The notes under the pieces were generated by a model, which worked only from the letters and a program-made list of their open reading frames with translations, was not told where the DNA came from and made no database searches. A DNA stretch of 64,000 nucleotides from an uncultured Pseudobdellovibrionaceae bacterium. Lineage in GTDB: Bacteria > Bdellovibrionota > Bdellovibrionia > Bdellovibrionales > UBA1609. The stretch covers positions 8,595-72,594 of the forward strand of contig CAYHVK010000004.1 of the NCBI GenBank assembly GCA_964360255.1, given 5' to 3'. Numbering within the stretch: position 1 is the first letter of the stretch; each line of letters opens with the position of its first letter. A program made the position numbers and the translations under genes. Positions 31,154 to 39,482 of this stretch are shown here, piece by piece.

Positions 31154-31612
31154 TCATTGCAAGGGCTTATATTCAAAAAGAAGAGCTGAATGGCCATCAC
31201 TGTAGTAAGATTTTCTTTCACCATTTTGCACAAAACCAGCTTTCTTATAAGCGGCTATAGCGGGTTTATTTTGTGCATGAACCTCGAGCCAAATTGGACG
31301 CATAGGTCGAAACGCTTGGGCTAACCACTTAAGAAGGCTTGGTATTATCCCTTTTCTTTGAGCTGATGGGCGTGTCGCCAAGAACATAACTTCAGCATTG
31401 TCAGCAGACTCTCTAAAAATTACAAAAGCGAGAAGCTCACCCTGCTGCAACGCGCCAGCTACCTGACTTTGGCAAAACTCTTTAGCGAGCTTTTCTGTCG
31501 TCCAGCTTCCGCCCATGGGGAATTCATAATCTGTCTTGAGCGCATCGAATATTTCTAAAACATCCGCTTCGTCATCGGCACTTAAGAAACGAAAGTGTGT
31601 GGGAGCATTCAT
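31154..31612 (-). CDS. GNAT family N-acetyltransferase (RimI-like)
   Basis: Acetyl-CoA motif region QRKGIIPSLLKWL. 152 aa. Confidence 0.7.
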   Translation of the reverse strand: MNAPTHFRFLSADDEADVLEIFDALKTDYEFPMGGSWTTEKLAKEFCQSQVAGALQQGELLAFVIFRESADNAEVMFLATRPSAQRKGIIPSLLKWLAQAFRPMRPIWLEVHAQNKPAIAAYKKAGFVQNGERKSYYSDGHSALLFEYKPLQ

Positions 31613-32304
31613 TCAACAAGATCGTTATGAATTTTATATTTTGAATGGAGCAGCTCAAACCAATCTTTAATTCGGCGATCCACTTGCTGACGGCTGATGA
31701 GCTCTTTAATCTTCGGCTTAAACTTTTCGAATGGGAGGTCTTCAAACTGGAGACGATTACTTTCAAAATAATCGTGAGCTTCTTTATCTGTCACCGGCAA
31801 AGATGAAGATTCAATTTTAAATTGAATAAATTTTTTAGCTCTGAGTTTACGCTCGAGCAAAGATTGAATCTCTTTATCTGTTGGTTGAATTTGCGACCAG
31901 CGCGAGCGCAGCTGCTGGCTCGCATTTATTTTCGCTTTAAGATTTCGCTTCGCTTGTTTCACTTGGGCCGGTGAAACTTCGGCCGACGAAAAAGCCTGGG
32001 CCTCGATAAAAACCGCCCATTCAATCAACACCGCAGTTGCTTGGCGAATGAACTCACGGGATTTTGGTTTATTTAAATCCAATGAACTTACATTCACTTG
32101 ATTGGGTGACAGCGAGGTTTTTTCAGCGAGCGCACTTTCAACGATGGCACTCATCAGCACTTGGCGTGTGGTGACGAAGTTGTTCTGCACTCTTCCCGCT
32201 TGCGAAGAAATAATGGCGGCATGAGTTGGTGTCATAGGTACAACTGCTCCAACTGCACTCACGAAAAATATAAGTTTAAGAAAAATTATGTAACACTGAC
32301 TCAT
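31609..32304 (-). CDS. Periplasmic SurA-N-terminal-like chaperone domain protein (no PPIase domain seen)
   Basis: Signal peptide, then a helical domain with a VTDKEAHDYFESN...IKDWFELLHSKYKI pattern like SurA/PrsA N-domains. ATGA overlap with the GNAT gene. Confidence 0.45.
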   Translation of the reverse strand: MSQCYIIFLKLIFFVSAVGAVVPMTPTHAAIISSQAGRVQNNFVTTRQVLMSAIVESALAEKTSLSPNQVNVSSLDLNKPKSREFIRQATAVLIEWAVFIEAQAFSSAEVSPAQVKQAKRNLKAKINASQQLRSRWSQIQPTDKEIQSLLERKLRAKKFIQFKIESSSLPVTDKEAHDYFESNRLQFEDLPFEKFKPKIKELISRQQVDRRIKDWFELLHSKYKIHNDLVE

Positions 32305-32352
32305 ACATAGATCTTAACGAGCCCACAGGAATTTAACAATAAAATGAGCGCT

Positions 32353-32387
32353 AAAAATAAAAAACCCAAGGTTCGCGCCTTGGGTTT
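32353..32387 (-). terminator. Rho-independent terminator after the OMP gene
   Basis: On the minus strand: CCCAAGG-6 nt-CCTTGGG followed by TTTTTTATTTTT. A second hairpin, GTCCGT...ACGGAC, lies at 32393-32415. Confidence 0.75.
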
Positions 32388-32438
32388 CTGCTGTCCGTAA
32401 TTGTTATTCACGGACGCGTTATAAGGTATCCCTTACCC

Positions 32439-33767
32439 TTAGAACAAGAACTTCATGTTGAAGCCGATCATGTCGTAATCGATATCTTCAAGGGTTTGGT
32501 AGTACTTGTTGTTACTGTCATACACTGAACGGTTGAAAGATTCTGGGTCAGAATATTTGCTGTTCATGTTTGTCATGTAACGGTATTCAACACCAAGTGT
32601 GATGTTCTTAGAGGCGTTGAAATCAACACCTAATAAAAGACCGGCGTCGATTGAATCTGAAGAGGCGCTCTGACGACCAGCTACGCTTGAGTAACCCCAA
32701 GAGTACATGTCTGTATAATCACGTCGTGTGTAAGACGCGATCGCACCAACAACTGGAGTCACTTTCCATGGAAGGAAGCTGTAACGAGCTGTAACTGACC
32801 AGTTGTACTGATCCACTTGTTTATAAAGTGAATATGACTCATCGATTGTGTGTTGGCTGTAAATGAAAGCGGCTTCAACACCTAAACGGTTCGGGCCTTC
32901 CCATCCAACAGACACACCAGCACCGAAATCGCTGCTCACGTTATAAGCGTCAGCATAATCTAAAGATAAAAGAGATCCACCCACTGAGAAACGTGATTTT
33001 TTCTCTTTCTTTTCTTCTTCTTGAATTTGTGCAAGGTCAGCTTTAACTGAGGCTGTCACTTCAGAACGAATCTCTTCTTCACTCTTTTGCGGAACGGCCG
33101 GAACTACGACTGCAGCAGCTGCTGCTGCTTCTGGAGCAGCGACTACTGGAGCTGAAGCTTCTGCTTGAGCGGCTGTACCAGTTTCAATTGTGATTGTTTG
33201 AACCCCTTTAGAGTTGTCACCTAAATCTTGTTTCGGCTCAACAACTACAGTTGTTGTTGCCGCAGCTGGAGCTTCGGCTACAGGAGCCGCAACTACCGGT
33301 GCTGCTGCAACTGGTGCTGCAACGACTGGAGCCACAGGAGCGATCACAGCTACTGCTGGCTTTTCTTGTTCTTCATCAAGTGGTTTAAAAAGACGGTTCA
33401 AACGTTTTTGTTCGTCTTGAAGACGTGAACGCTCGAGCTTTTCAACGATCTTTTGTTCAGTTTCGATTTCAGCGCGCTCACGAGCTTTACGAAGCTCATC
33501 AGCTTCTGACGGAGCCAGTGGGCTTGCGCTCACGACTGTCGTCGGCTGCTCAATAGTTTGAACAGGAGTGATAATCACCACTTCGCTACGAGCTTGAACC
33601 GGGCCATTTTCAGCCTTAGCCTCAGACGTCGTCGTGTTGGTGTTCACGTTTGAGCTACCAGAGTCGGCGGCTTGAGATGACGTTTTTGCGCCATCTTGAG
33701 CAAATACCGTTACGGTAGAAGCCATTAAAATAAGGGCGAGAGTGACTTTAATTTGCGATAGACGCAT
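32439..33767 (-). CDS. Outer-membrane beta-barrel protein with coiled-coil and Ala/Pro/Val-rich spacer
   Basis: The ATG at 33767 is preceded by AGGAG and gives signal peptide MRLSQIKVTLALILMASTVTVFA/Q. The C-terminal barrel ends FNMKFLF. The tracked start at 33794 lacks an RBS. Confidence 0.6.
   Translation of the reverse strand: MRLSQIKVTLALILMASTVTVFAQDGAKTSSQAADSGSSNVNTNTTTSEAKAENGPVQARSEVVIITPVQTIEQPTTVVSASPLAPSEADELRKARERAEIETEQKIVEKLERSRLQDEQKRLNRLFKPLDEEQEKPAVAVIAPVAPVVAAPVAAAPVVAAPVAEAPAAATTTVVVEPKQDLGDNSKGVQTITIETGTAAQAEASAPVVAAPEAAAAAAVVVPAVPQKSEEEIRSEVTASVKADLAQIQEEEKKEKKSRFSVGGSLLSLDYADAYNVSSDFGAGVSVGWEGPNRLGVEAAFIYSQHTIDESYSLYKQVDQYNWSVTARYSFLPWKVTPVVGAIASYTRRDYTDMYSWGYSSVAGRQSASSDSIDAGLLLGVDFNASKNITLGVEYRYMTNMNSKYSDPESFNRSVYDSNNKYYQTLEDIDYDMIGFNMKFLF
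33087..33359 (-). repeat. Coding low-complexity (Ala-Pro-Val)n tracts
   Basis: Encodes APVAPVVAAPVAAAPVVAAPVAEAP and APVVAAPEAAAAAAVVVPAVP. The DNA is built from imperfect GCNGCNCCNGT units. Confidence 0.7.
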
Positions 33768-33950
33768 ATGGGATCTCCTGTTCGATTCAATCATGACTCA
33801 ATGAGCAAGCTCTGTGCCTAAATAGCTGAATTTCAAGGAAATCACCTAACCCACCAGTCTTTGGGAGCTTTTTCAGCAATATAGAAAATGATGGATTTTT
33901 AAGGATTTCTAAAAAGTGACAATTAACTGAACAGTCGGTGAAAAAACTTC

Positions 33951-33979
33951 TTGGCCTCGGGTTTTAGGGCTGTTAAAAC
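33951..33979 (+). promoter_or_regulatory. Candidate promoter for tRNA-Leu
   Basis: TTGGCC-17 nt-TAAAAC, about 20 nt upstream of the tRNA 5' end. Confidence 0.3.
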
Positions 33980-33999
33980 CTCGGCTCTTCAAACGTGAT

Positions 34000-34086
34000 G
34001 GCCCGGTGGTGGAATTGGTAGACGCGCTGGACTCAAAATCCAGTATCTTCACGGGTGTGGGAGTTCGAGTCTCCCCCGGGCCACCA
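34000..34086 (+). tRNA. tRNA-Leu (anticodon CAA)
   Basis: Acceptor stem GGCCCGG/CCGGGCC, anticodon arm CTGGA-CTCAAAA-TCCAG, a long variable arm, T-arm GGGAG-TTCGAGT-CTCCC, discriminator A and an encoded CCA. Confidence 0.93.
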
Positions 34087-34167
34087 AAAAAATAAGATCT
34101 GCACACACCGACTGTTAGAAAAATGACAGGTGAAACTAAGGTTCTGAATTGGTATCTTAGCCGAGCC

Positions 34168-34992
34168 ATGAAACATCTGTTCATTACGCTTATATTTTTA
34201 TTCGCTTTTTCTTTTGCTTCTGCATCGAGCATTGCACTTGTGCAATACAATGCGGACATCCATTTTTCAGATTACGAATACAATATGACTGAGCTCACTC
34301 GCTATGCCGAACAAGCTGTTGCGAATGGGGCCAAGATTATTGTTTTCCCTGAAGGCTCTATTTATGGTTATGGCTCCCCGACTTCATTCTGGTGCCGACC
34401 CGGCGCTACTGATGCAAAATGCAAAGACGTAACGACGGCGGCCGAAACAATTCCGAGCGGTAAAACTTCTGATTACTGGCAAGAGTTTGCCCAGCGTCAT
34501 CAAGTCTATGTACTTTTTAATATTCCAGAAGCAGCATCGGGCGAGTTTTTTAATACTACGGCCGTTATAGGACCAGCGGGCTTCGTTACAAAATATCGCA
34601 AGAGAAACCTTTATATAACTGACACGTACTATGCTTCACCTGGAGACTTAGGCCCTATAACATTTAAAACTCCTCACGGAGAATTCGGCCTCCTTATCTG
34701 CCTAGATGCCAATTATGCCCATTCATTTCTTGAATATAAGAAAATGGGAATTGAACAAGTGATCGTACCCATGAATTGGGATCAAGACCCGAATGGCGGC
34801 GGCAATAGCCGTCCGGCACGCATTTACTTTCAGAAAATGGCACAAAAAGTTCAATTAGATATATTTGTGTCTGATGTTTCACCTTGGGATGGAACCGGAG
34901 CTTATTACCCAGACCGTGAAGTACGAGAGAGAAACGGCCTCAGCGATATCGCCATCGGAATAGATGGCGTGAGCTACCACGAGCTAAAATAA
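34168..34992 (+). CDS. Secreted carbon-nitrogen hydrolase (nitrilase superfamily)
   Basis: Signal peptide MKHLFITLIFLFAFSFASA. The E-K-C triad contexts are VFPEGS, YRKRNLY and LLICLDANY. The tracked ATG at 34123 would add 15 aa before the signal peptide. Confidence 0.8.
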   Translation: MKHLFITLIFLFAFSFASASSIALVQYNADIHFSDYEYNMTELTRYAEQAVANGAKIIVFPEGSIYGYGSPTSFWCRPGATDAKCKDVTTAAETIPSGKTSDYWQEFAQRHQVYVLFNIPEAASGEFFNTTAVIGPAGFVTKYRKRNLYITDTYYASPGDLGPITFKTPHGEFGLLICLDANYAHSFLEYKKMGIEQVIVPMNWDQDPNGGGNSRPARIYFQKMAQKVQLDIFVSDVSPWDGTGAYYPDREVRERNGLSDIAIGIDGVSYHELK

Positions 34993-35003
34993 ACGATCTC
35001 AGA

Positions 35004-35795
35004 TTAAGGCTGGCAATCTGACCATGACCAAGCATTATGGTTTGGAGCCGGCAGCGCAACTTTTCTGTAACCAAAATCAACTTGATAAGCGTGTCCCATT
35101 ATCGCATTGAAAACTACATTGTGAGTCATACTACTAAAGCCGCTGCCTCCCTTCATCACACATTTAGCAATGTAACTAGGCCAGGCCGGATGCGGGAATG
35201 TGCTACCTCCAACCGGAACACCAGACTCTCTCACCATTACATTCACTAAAGTGCAAGTACCTAAACTTTCCCGTAAAGTAGAAACCACCACCGGAATTGT
35301 AATGGGTCCGGTAACAGGGGAAACAAAACTAGCGGATATAATTCCTGCAGCCGTCATTGCAGGAGTGCCCCAACCCATAGGCTTTATCATCGGATTCGGA
35401 CTCAAATCTGAACATTTAATTATGACGTTATTGCAAGACAGGGCAGCATTAAGAGTCGAGAGCTCGAGCCAATGAATGGCTTTTATGGGAGTCGCCTTAG
35501 CTACAATTGGGTCATCGGTATAGCTTGGCAACGGCTGCGATTTCGCAGCATAAGAAGCATCTACAGCCGCGCGCATTTCATCAATATGAATTTTTTTTAC
35601 CGGCGCGCCCTTGCTGATGGGATCATCAGTCCACGTTTGCTCGGGCAAACCACAGAGAGTTTTCTTCTGATTAATGAGGTTCCGCAAAGTTTGCACGTCA
35701 ACAGCTCGGATGGTGACTGGCCCTTCAGCCAAGGCCGAACATGAAATGACAAAGGAAGCGCAAGAAAATGCTATTGATAAGTAGGAGGCTCGCAC
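35004..35795 (-). CDS. Secreted protein with three copies of an I-[KR]-A-[IV]-[HD]-x-x-[ET]-[LM]-R-like motif
   Basis: The GTG at 35795 gives signal peptide (M)RASYLSIAFSCASFVISCSALA/E. The only ATG (35897) would overlap the pilin-like gene by 127 nt. The start is uncertain. Confidence 0.5.
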   Translation of the reverse strand: MRASYLSIAFSCASFVISCSALAEGPVTIRAVDVQTLRNLINQKKTLCGLPEQTWTDDPISKGAPVKKIHIDEMRAAVDASYAAKSQPLPSYTDDPIVAKATPIKAIHWLELSTLNAALSCNNVIIKCSDLSPNPMIKPMGWGTPAMTAAGIISASFVSPVTGPITIPVVVSTLRESLGTCTLVNVMVRESGVPVGGSTFPHPAWPSYIAKCVMKGGSGFSSMTHNVVFNAIMGHAYQVDFGYRKVALPAPNHNAWSWSDCQP

Positions 35796-36439
35796 ACCAA
35801 GTCTCCCGTTACAGGATGATATCCGGCTAAAAGTAAACCCGTCGGACAAGTGCCCAGAGCCACTCCTCCACCGCCGCCCGATCCGGTGGCTGAGCAACTT
35901 TGAAATACAACATTTCCGGTTGTGCCGGGTACGGTTAAAATCGACACTGGGATTTTTAAAAGTAAAGTTTTAGGACCAAGAACCTCTTTTGTACTCTCAA
36001 TTGTAATATGCAGTTCACCTGAATAATCGCCCGAAATATTTCTAATGTTTTTCATTTCAATGGCGGCAGTTTTCATTCCATCAACTCCGACATTATTAAT
36101 AAATGGCGCCGGAACCGTCGCTGTTGCACAAACACCGGGCGTGACAAAATTATATCGGCCAATTTGTGTCGGAACCACCCCAGTTAAAAGTGGCGTGCCC
36201 GTCGCTGCCGAAAATTCAGTGGCTCCAGCAAAAAGACACTTACAATTATCACCCTGGTTTAAAAATTGGCTCAGCAGTGAACCACGAAGCTGTTCACGCT
36301 TAGCTTGAAATTCTAAAAAATTATTTGATTTAGTTTGATTGCCGAAGAAGGTCATACCAGCGAGCATCACCACAGTCATAATGCCTGCTGCAACAATCAC
36401 TTGCACAAGTGAAAAACCAGATTGAGATCGTATTGTCAT
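35771..36439 (-). CDS. Orphan prepilin-type N-terminal domain protein (pilin/pseudopilin-like)
   Basis: MTIRSQSG/FSLVQVIVAAGIMTVVMLAG is a class III signal peptide with Gln in place of the usual Glu at +5. Several Cys pairs and a Gly5 tract lie in the C-terminal domain. Confidence 0.7.
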   Translation of the reverse strand: MTIRSQSGFSLVQVIVAAGIMTVVMLAGMTFFGNQTKSNNFLEFQAKREQLRGSLLSQFLNQGDNCKCLFAGATEFSAATGTPLLTGVVPTQIGRYNFVTPGVCATATVPAPFINNVGVDGMKTAAIEMKNIRNISGDYSGELHITIESTKEVLGPKTLLLKIPVSILTVPGTTGNVVFQSCSATGSGGGGGVALGTCPTGLLLAGYHPVTGDLVCEPPTYQ

Positions 36440-36476
36440 AAAACAATTATGTTCGCAAAACGATACAAATCAAGGA

Positions 36477-36878
36477 TTAGTTCAGCTGCGGATTCTCTTC
36501 AACTGTTGGGGCTTGAGCCATTGGAGTTTTTTGAATGGCATGAAAAGCGGCCTGACAAATTGTCTCCGCCGGATCTTCTCCGACCGCTGCACCTGATTGC
36601 AAGAAATCGCCTTTTTGTAAGAAGGCGATAAACTCCGCAGGATTTTCCCAGCGACCACCTTTGCCGACAAAAGCAAACCATGTGTTAGGCTGAACCGGTA
36701 TCACTGTGATGCCCATTTTTTCAGCGATTTCCCATGCGGCGGCCATATCACGCGTGTATTTTTTTAGAGGGCGCTCACCAAGCTCTGTAATTTCCCACAA
36801 TTGACGTTGCTTTACCTTAATTGGGTGCTTTAAAACATTCTCAGCCACAAAACAGTCAAGCTCTCGCCCCGGACGCAT
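36477..36878 (-). CDS. Small cytoplasmic hypothetical protein
   Basis: Strong RBS, GAGGAG 5 nt upstream of the ATG. No signal peptide. The N-terminal RELDCFVAENVL...AAAWEIAEKMG pattern recalls phage-associated ABA-sandwich-type domains (from memory only). Confidence 0.5.
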   Translation of the reverse strand: MRPGRELDCFVAENVLKHPIKVKQRQLWEITELGERPLKKYTRDMAAAWEIAEKMGITVIPVQPNTWFAFVGKGGRWENPAEFIAFLQKGDFLQSGAAVGEDPAETICQAAFHAIQKTPMAQAPTVEENPQLN

Positions 36879-36963
36879 AGCTACTCCTCTAAATAGTTGA
36901 GTTTTGTTCTTAACTAAACTTTAGAGAAATAGCATTGGTAAGATTGTCAAAAATTCTTAGCTT

Positions 36964-37395
36964 TTATTTTTTCTGAGGTGGTGGATCTGGAACAATACCT
37001 GCTTCAGCCTGTGCTTTGACCGCAGCTTTATGGGATGTGGCGCGAATACGGTCGCGTATACGTGCTTTACAAATACCGATTGGGCCTGAAAAAGCGGATG
37101 TCATCGCCGTCTTAGCATCAAAGGCATTGGCTGCTGTCATATGTTTAAAAAGTTCATTGATGGTTTCGCAATCTTTTTTGAGAAAGAACTCATCCGTAAC
37201 GCACTCGCAAAGCTCTTTATTATCTGCTGCCGGCAACTTTTTATCTACGGCTTCTTTTTTATAAGCTGCCATGCAATTGTTATAACTTGATGTCCAAGAT
37301 TTTTGTGTGACTGCTTTACATTTTGGATTTTTAAAAGCCCCAAAAGACATTGGAGCTACAAACATAAAAAGTGCAAAAACAAGATAAGTGCGCAT
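36964..37395 (-). CDS. Secreted Cys-containing hypothetical protein
   Basis: Signal peptide (SFG/A), six Cys, and a basic/Pro tail. Confidence 0.55.
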   Translation of the reverse strand: MRTYLVFALFMFVAPMSFGAFKNPKCKAVTQKSWTSSYNNCMAAYKKEAVDKKLPAADNKELCECVTDEFFLKKDCETINELFKHMTAANAFDAKTAMTSAFSGPIGICKARIRDRIRATSHKAAVKAQAEAGIVPDPPPQKK

Positions 37396-37470
37396 AAAAC
37401 CTCTATGTCAAAAGACAGATAGAAAAATTATGCTAACTAACAATTATGATATCAAGTGAAATTACCGGGT

Positions 37471-39177
37471 TTAAAGACCCGATAACTCTTTAGCGAGACG
37501 AATACTGGCATAAGCATCAATGACTCCACCCGTCGCCGACAGATCAACAAAAGGAACCGGCAAATCTAACTTAGCTGAACCGGGCAAACGAACCATCAGT
37601 CCCGGATATAAACGAGCCTGGTTGAGTACAATCGCTTTTGCTTGAGCTGCGGTCATAGCCGGAAAATTTGACATAACAAGAGCTGCAACACCAGCGGCGC
37701 ACGGACCTGCCATGCTTGTTCCACTAAAAACTGCATATTTATTATCTGGAACTGTTGAATTTAAAAGCACTCCTGGAGAGAAAATATCAACATCAACTTT
37801 ACCGTAATCAGAGAAGGCCGCAACCATATCTAGGTTTTTGTCTTTAGCTGAAGCCCCGATCTCAATCCAAGTTGGGATTTTTTCTGGAAGATTTCGCTCT
37901 TTAGCTTTTACAACAGTGCGATTCGGAAAGCCGGCAATCAAATCATTATTACTAGAATCATTACCAGCTGAGTGAAAAATCAAAACACCTTTAGCTGAAG
38001 CATAAGCAAACGCCTCATCGACTTTTGATTTTTGCGGAGAGAATCCTTTACCAAAGCTCATATTAATAACGTGTGCGCCGTTATCTGCAGCGTACTTCAC
38101 TGCTAAGTAAATATCTTTATCGCGCTCATCACCGTCAGGCACAACTCTAAGAGCCATGATTTTTACATTCTCAGCTACACCATCGATACCAATACCATTG
38201 CCACGAACGGCTGCAATAATACCGGCCACGTGAGTCCCGTGAGAGGCATCTGGGCCCTGAACATCGTTATTACCATAAGTTGTTTGCGAGTAATCATTCG
38301 GATCATCTCCTACAACGGCGCGAGGGTTAAAAGTTTTATTGAGGTAGAACTCAAGCGTGTTTTTTACGCTTTCAAAGACGCGATAAAAGCGATCTACTGA
38401 GCGATATTTTTTTGTAATAACCAAAAGAACTTCTTTCGCATCAACAACTTCTTTATCAGATGAGTTGATCGCTTCGAGAGCCGCTTGGCTGTAATCTTCA
38501 AGACCTAACTTGGCTTTTAAAGTCGCTTTAGCTGCTGTGGCCTGAACCTCTTCAGGCTGCATGCCTTTCAGTTGCTCTTCAGCACCTTCTTTTTGCTCTT
38601 TATAAGCTTCAGAGACGCGGGCGAAATAAGCCATCTCTTCTGAACTTAAAATTTCACCTTTCGCGAGGCGGGCTTCATAAGCGACCACTTCACGCGTCAT
38701 CTCTAAGTTTTCATGGTGAACGTTTTTACCGTCAGCCCCGCCGAGAAAGTTCCAACCGTGAACGTCATCGATAAGACCATTGCCATCATCATCGATTTTG
38801 TTAGTCGTCTTATCTTGTCCATTAGCATCTACGCCTGACTCTTTAGGGTTAACCCAGATTTTACCTTTGAGATCTTCGTGATTAACATCGACTCCACTAT
38901 CGATAACAGCGACGATAATTTCGCGGGAGTGTTTAAGAGCAAAATCTTGCATAGCTTTTTCGCTGCTCACGCCCTCAAGCTTGTCGGCAACAGGGTCTTT
39001 AATAAACCAGTTGCCAATATCAGCCAGGCTTAAACCGCTTGCGTCTTTTTTGCCATTATCATCGACTCTTTCAAAGCCTTTAATATTCTCAGGATATTGA
39101 CCTGGGTCTTTACTTTTGTGGTTGTCACAAGCGGCGAGTAAAGTTGTAGATAGAATTGCGAGTAGTAGATTTCTCAT
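37471..39177 (-). CDS. S8 (subtilisin-like) serine peptidase lipoprotein
   Basis: Lipobox LLAA/C. Catalytic contexts are VAVIDSGVD (Asp), HGTHVAGIIAA (His) and GTSMAGP (Ser). Calcium-loop-like segment DDDGNGLIDD. Confidence 0.92.
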   Translation of the reverse strand: MRNLLLAILSTTLLAACDNHKSKDPGQYPENIKGFERVDDNGKKDASGLSLADIGNWFIKDPVADKLEGVSSEKAMQDFALKHSREIIVAVIDSGVDVNHEDLKGKIWVNPKESGVDANGQDKTTNKIDDDGNGLIDDVHGWNFLGGADGKNVHHENLEMTREVVAYEARLAKGEILSSEEMAYFARVSEAYKEQKEGAEEQLKGMQPEEVQATAAKATLKAKLGLEDYSQAALEAINSSDKEVVDAKEVLLVITKKYRSVDRFYRVFESVKNTLEFYLNKTFNPRAVVGDDPNDYSQTTYGNNDVQGPDASHGTHVAGIIAAVRGNGIGIDGVAENVKIMALRVVPDGDERDKDIYLAVKYAADNGAHVINMSFGKGFSPQKSKVDEAFAYASAKGVLIFHSAGNDSSNNDLIAGFPNRTVVKAKERNLPEKIPTWIEIGASAKDKNLDMVAAFSDYGKVDVDIFSPGVLLNSTVPDNKYAVFSGTSMAGPCAAGVAALVMSNFPAMTAAQAKAIVLNQARLYPGLMVRLPGSAKLDLPVPFVDLSATGGVIDAYASIRLAKELSGL

Positions 39178-39429
39178 TGATCCCCCGATTTAAGAATAGC
39201 CCCAAGAGCTTTCTAGTCAGGTTTTCAAATTAAGAAAACTTAAATATTCCGCTATGCTACGAATCATGCTGCCTTTGTAACAACAGCTCTATTTATGTGA
39301 ATAAAGAGAGCCAGCATAATGAAATGATTCTAATTTAAAGATTTCCCTTTCTTCAAAATCTTCGAAATTGAAGCCGGGCGAGCCTTATAAGCCTTCGTTT
39401 TTAGGGTTCTTTTAAATTTATCGATTAAA

Positions 39430-39458
39430 TTGACAAGCGCTGGGCTGCTATATAAGTT
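39430..39458 (+). promoter_or_regulatory. Candidate promoter for tRNA-Gly
   Basis: A perfect -35 TTGACA, followed by TATAAG (15-nt spacer) or TAAGTT (17-nt spacer), about 25 nt upstream of the tRNA. Confidence 0.45.
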
Positions 39459-39482
39459 AGCCCCTTCGATTGCAATTAGAGC

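Noticed and set aside
33087-33359. Repeat tract considered as a CRISPR or VNTR array
   Set aside because: The units are 9-12 nt, imperfect, in frame and inside an ORF. There is no repeat-spacer architecture and no cas genes anywhere in the window.
33909-34259. 116-aa minus-strand ORF
   Set aside because: It runs antisense straight through tRNA-Leu(CAA) and across the CN-hydrolase gene start. There is no RBS, and the composition is an artefact of the tRNA.
35796-35897. ATG-initiated long form of the secreted repeat protein
   Set aside because: It would overlap the pilin-like gene by 127 nt and place 34 Arg/Ser/Gly-rich residues before the signal peptide. The GTG at 35795 is preferred but unproven.
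36482-36681. Two further minus-strand ORFs and one plus-strand ORF overlapping the 133-aa gene
   Set aside because: Only the 36477-36878 frame has a strong RBS. The others are Arg/Ser-rich shadows with no start context.
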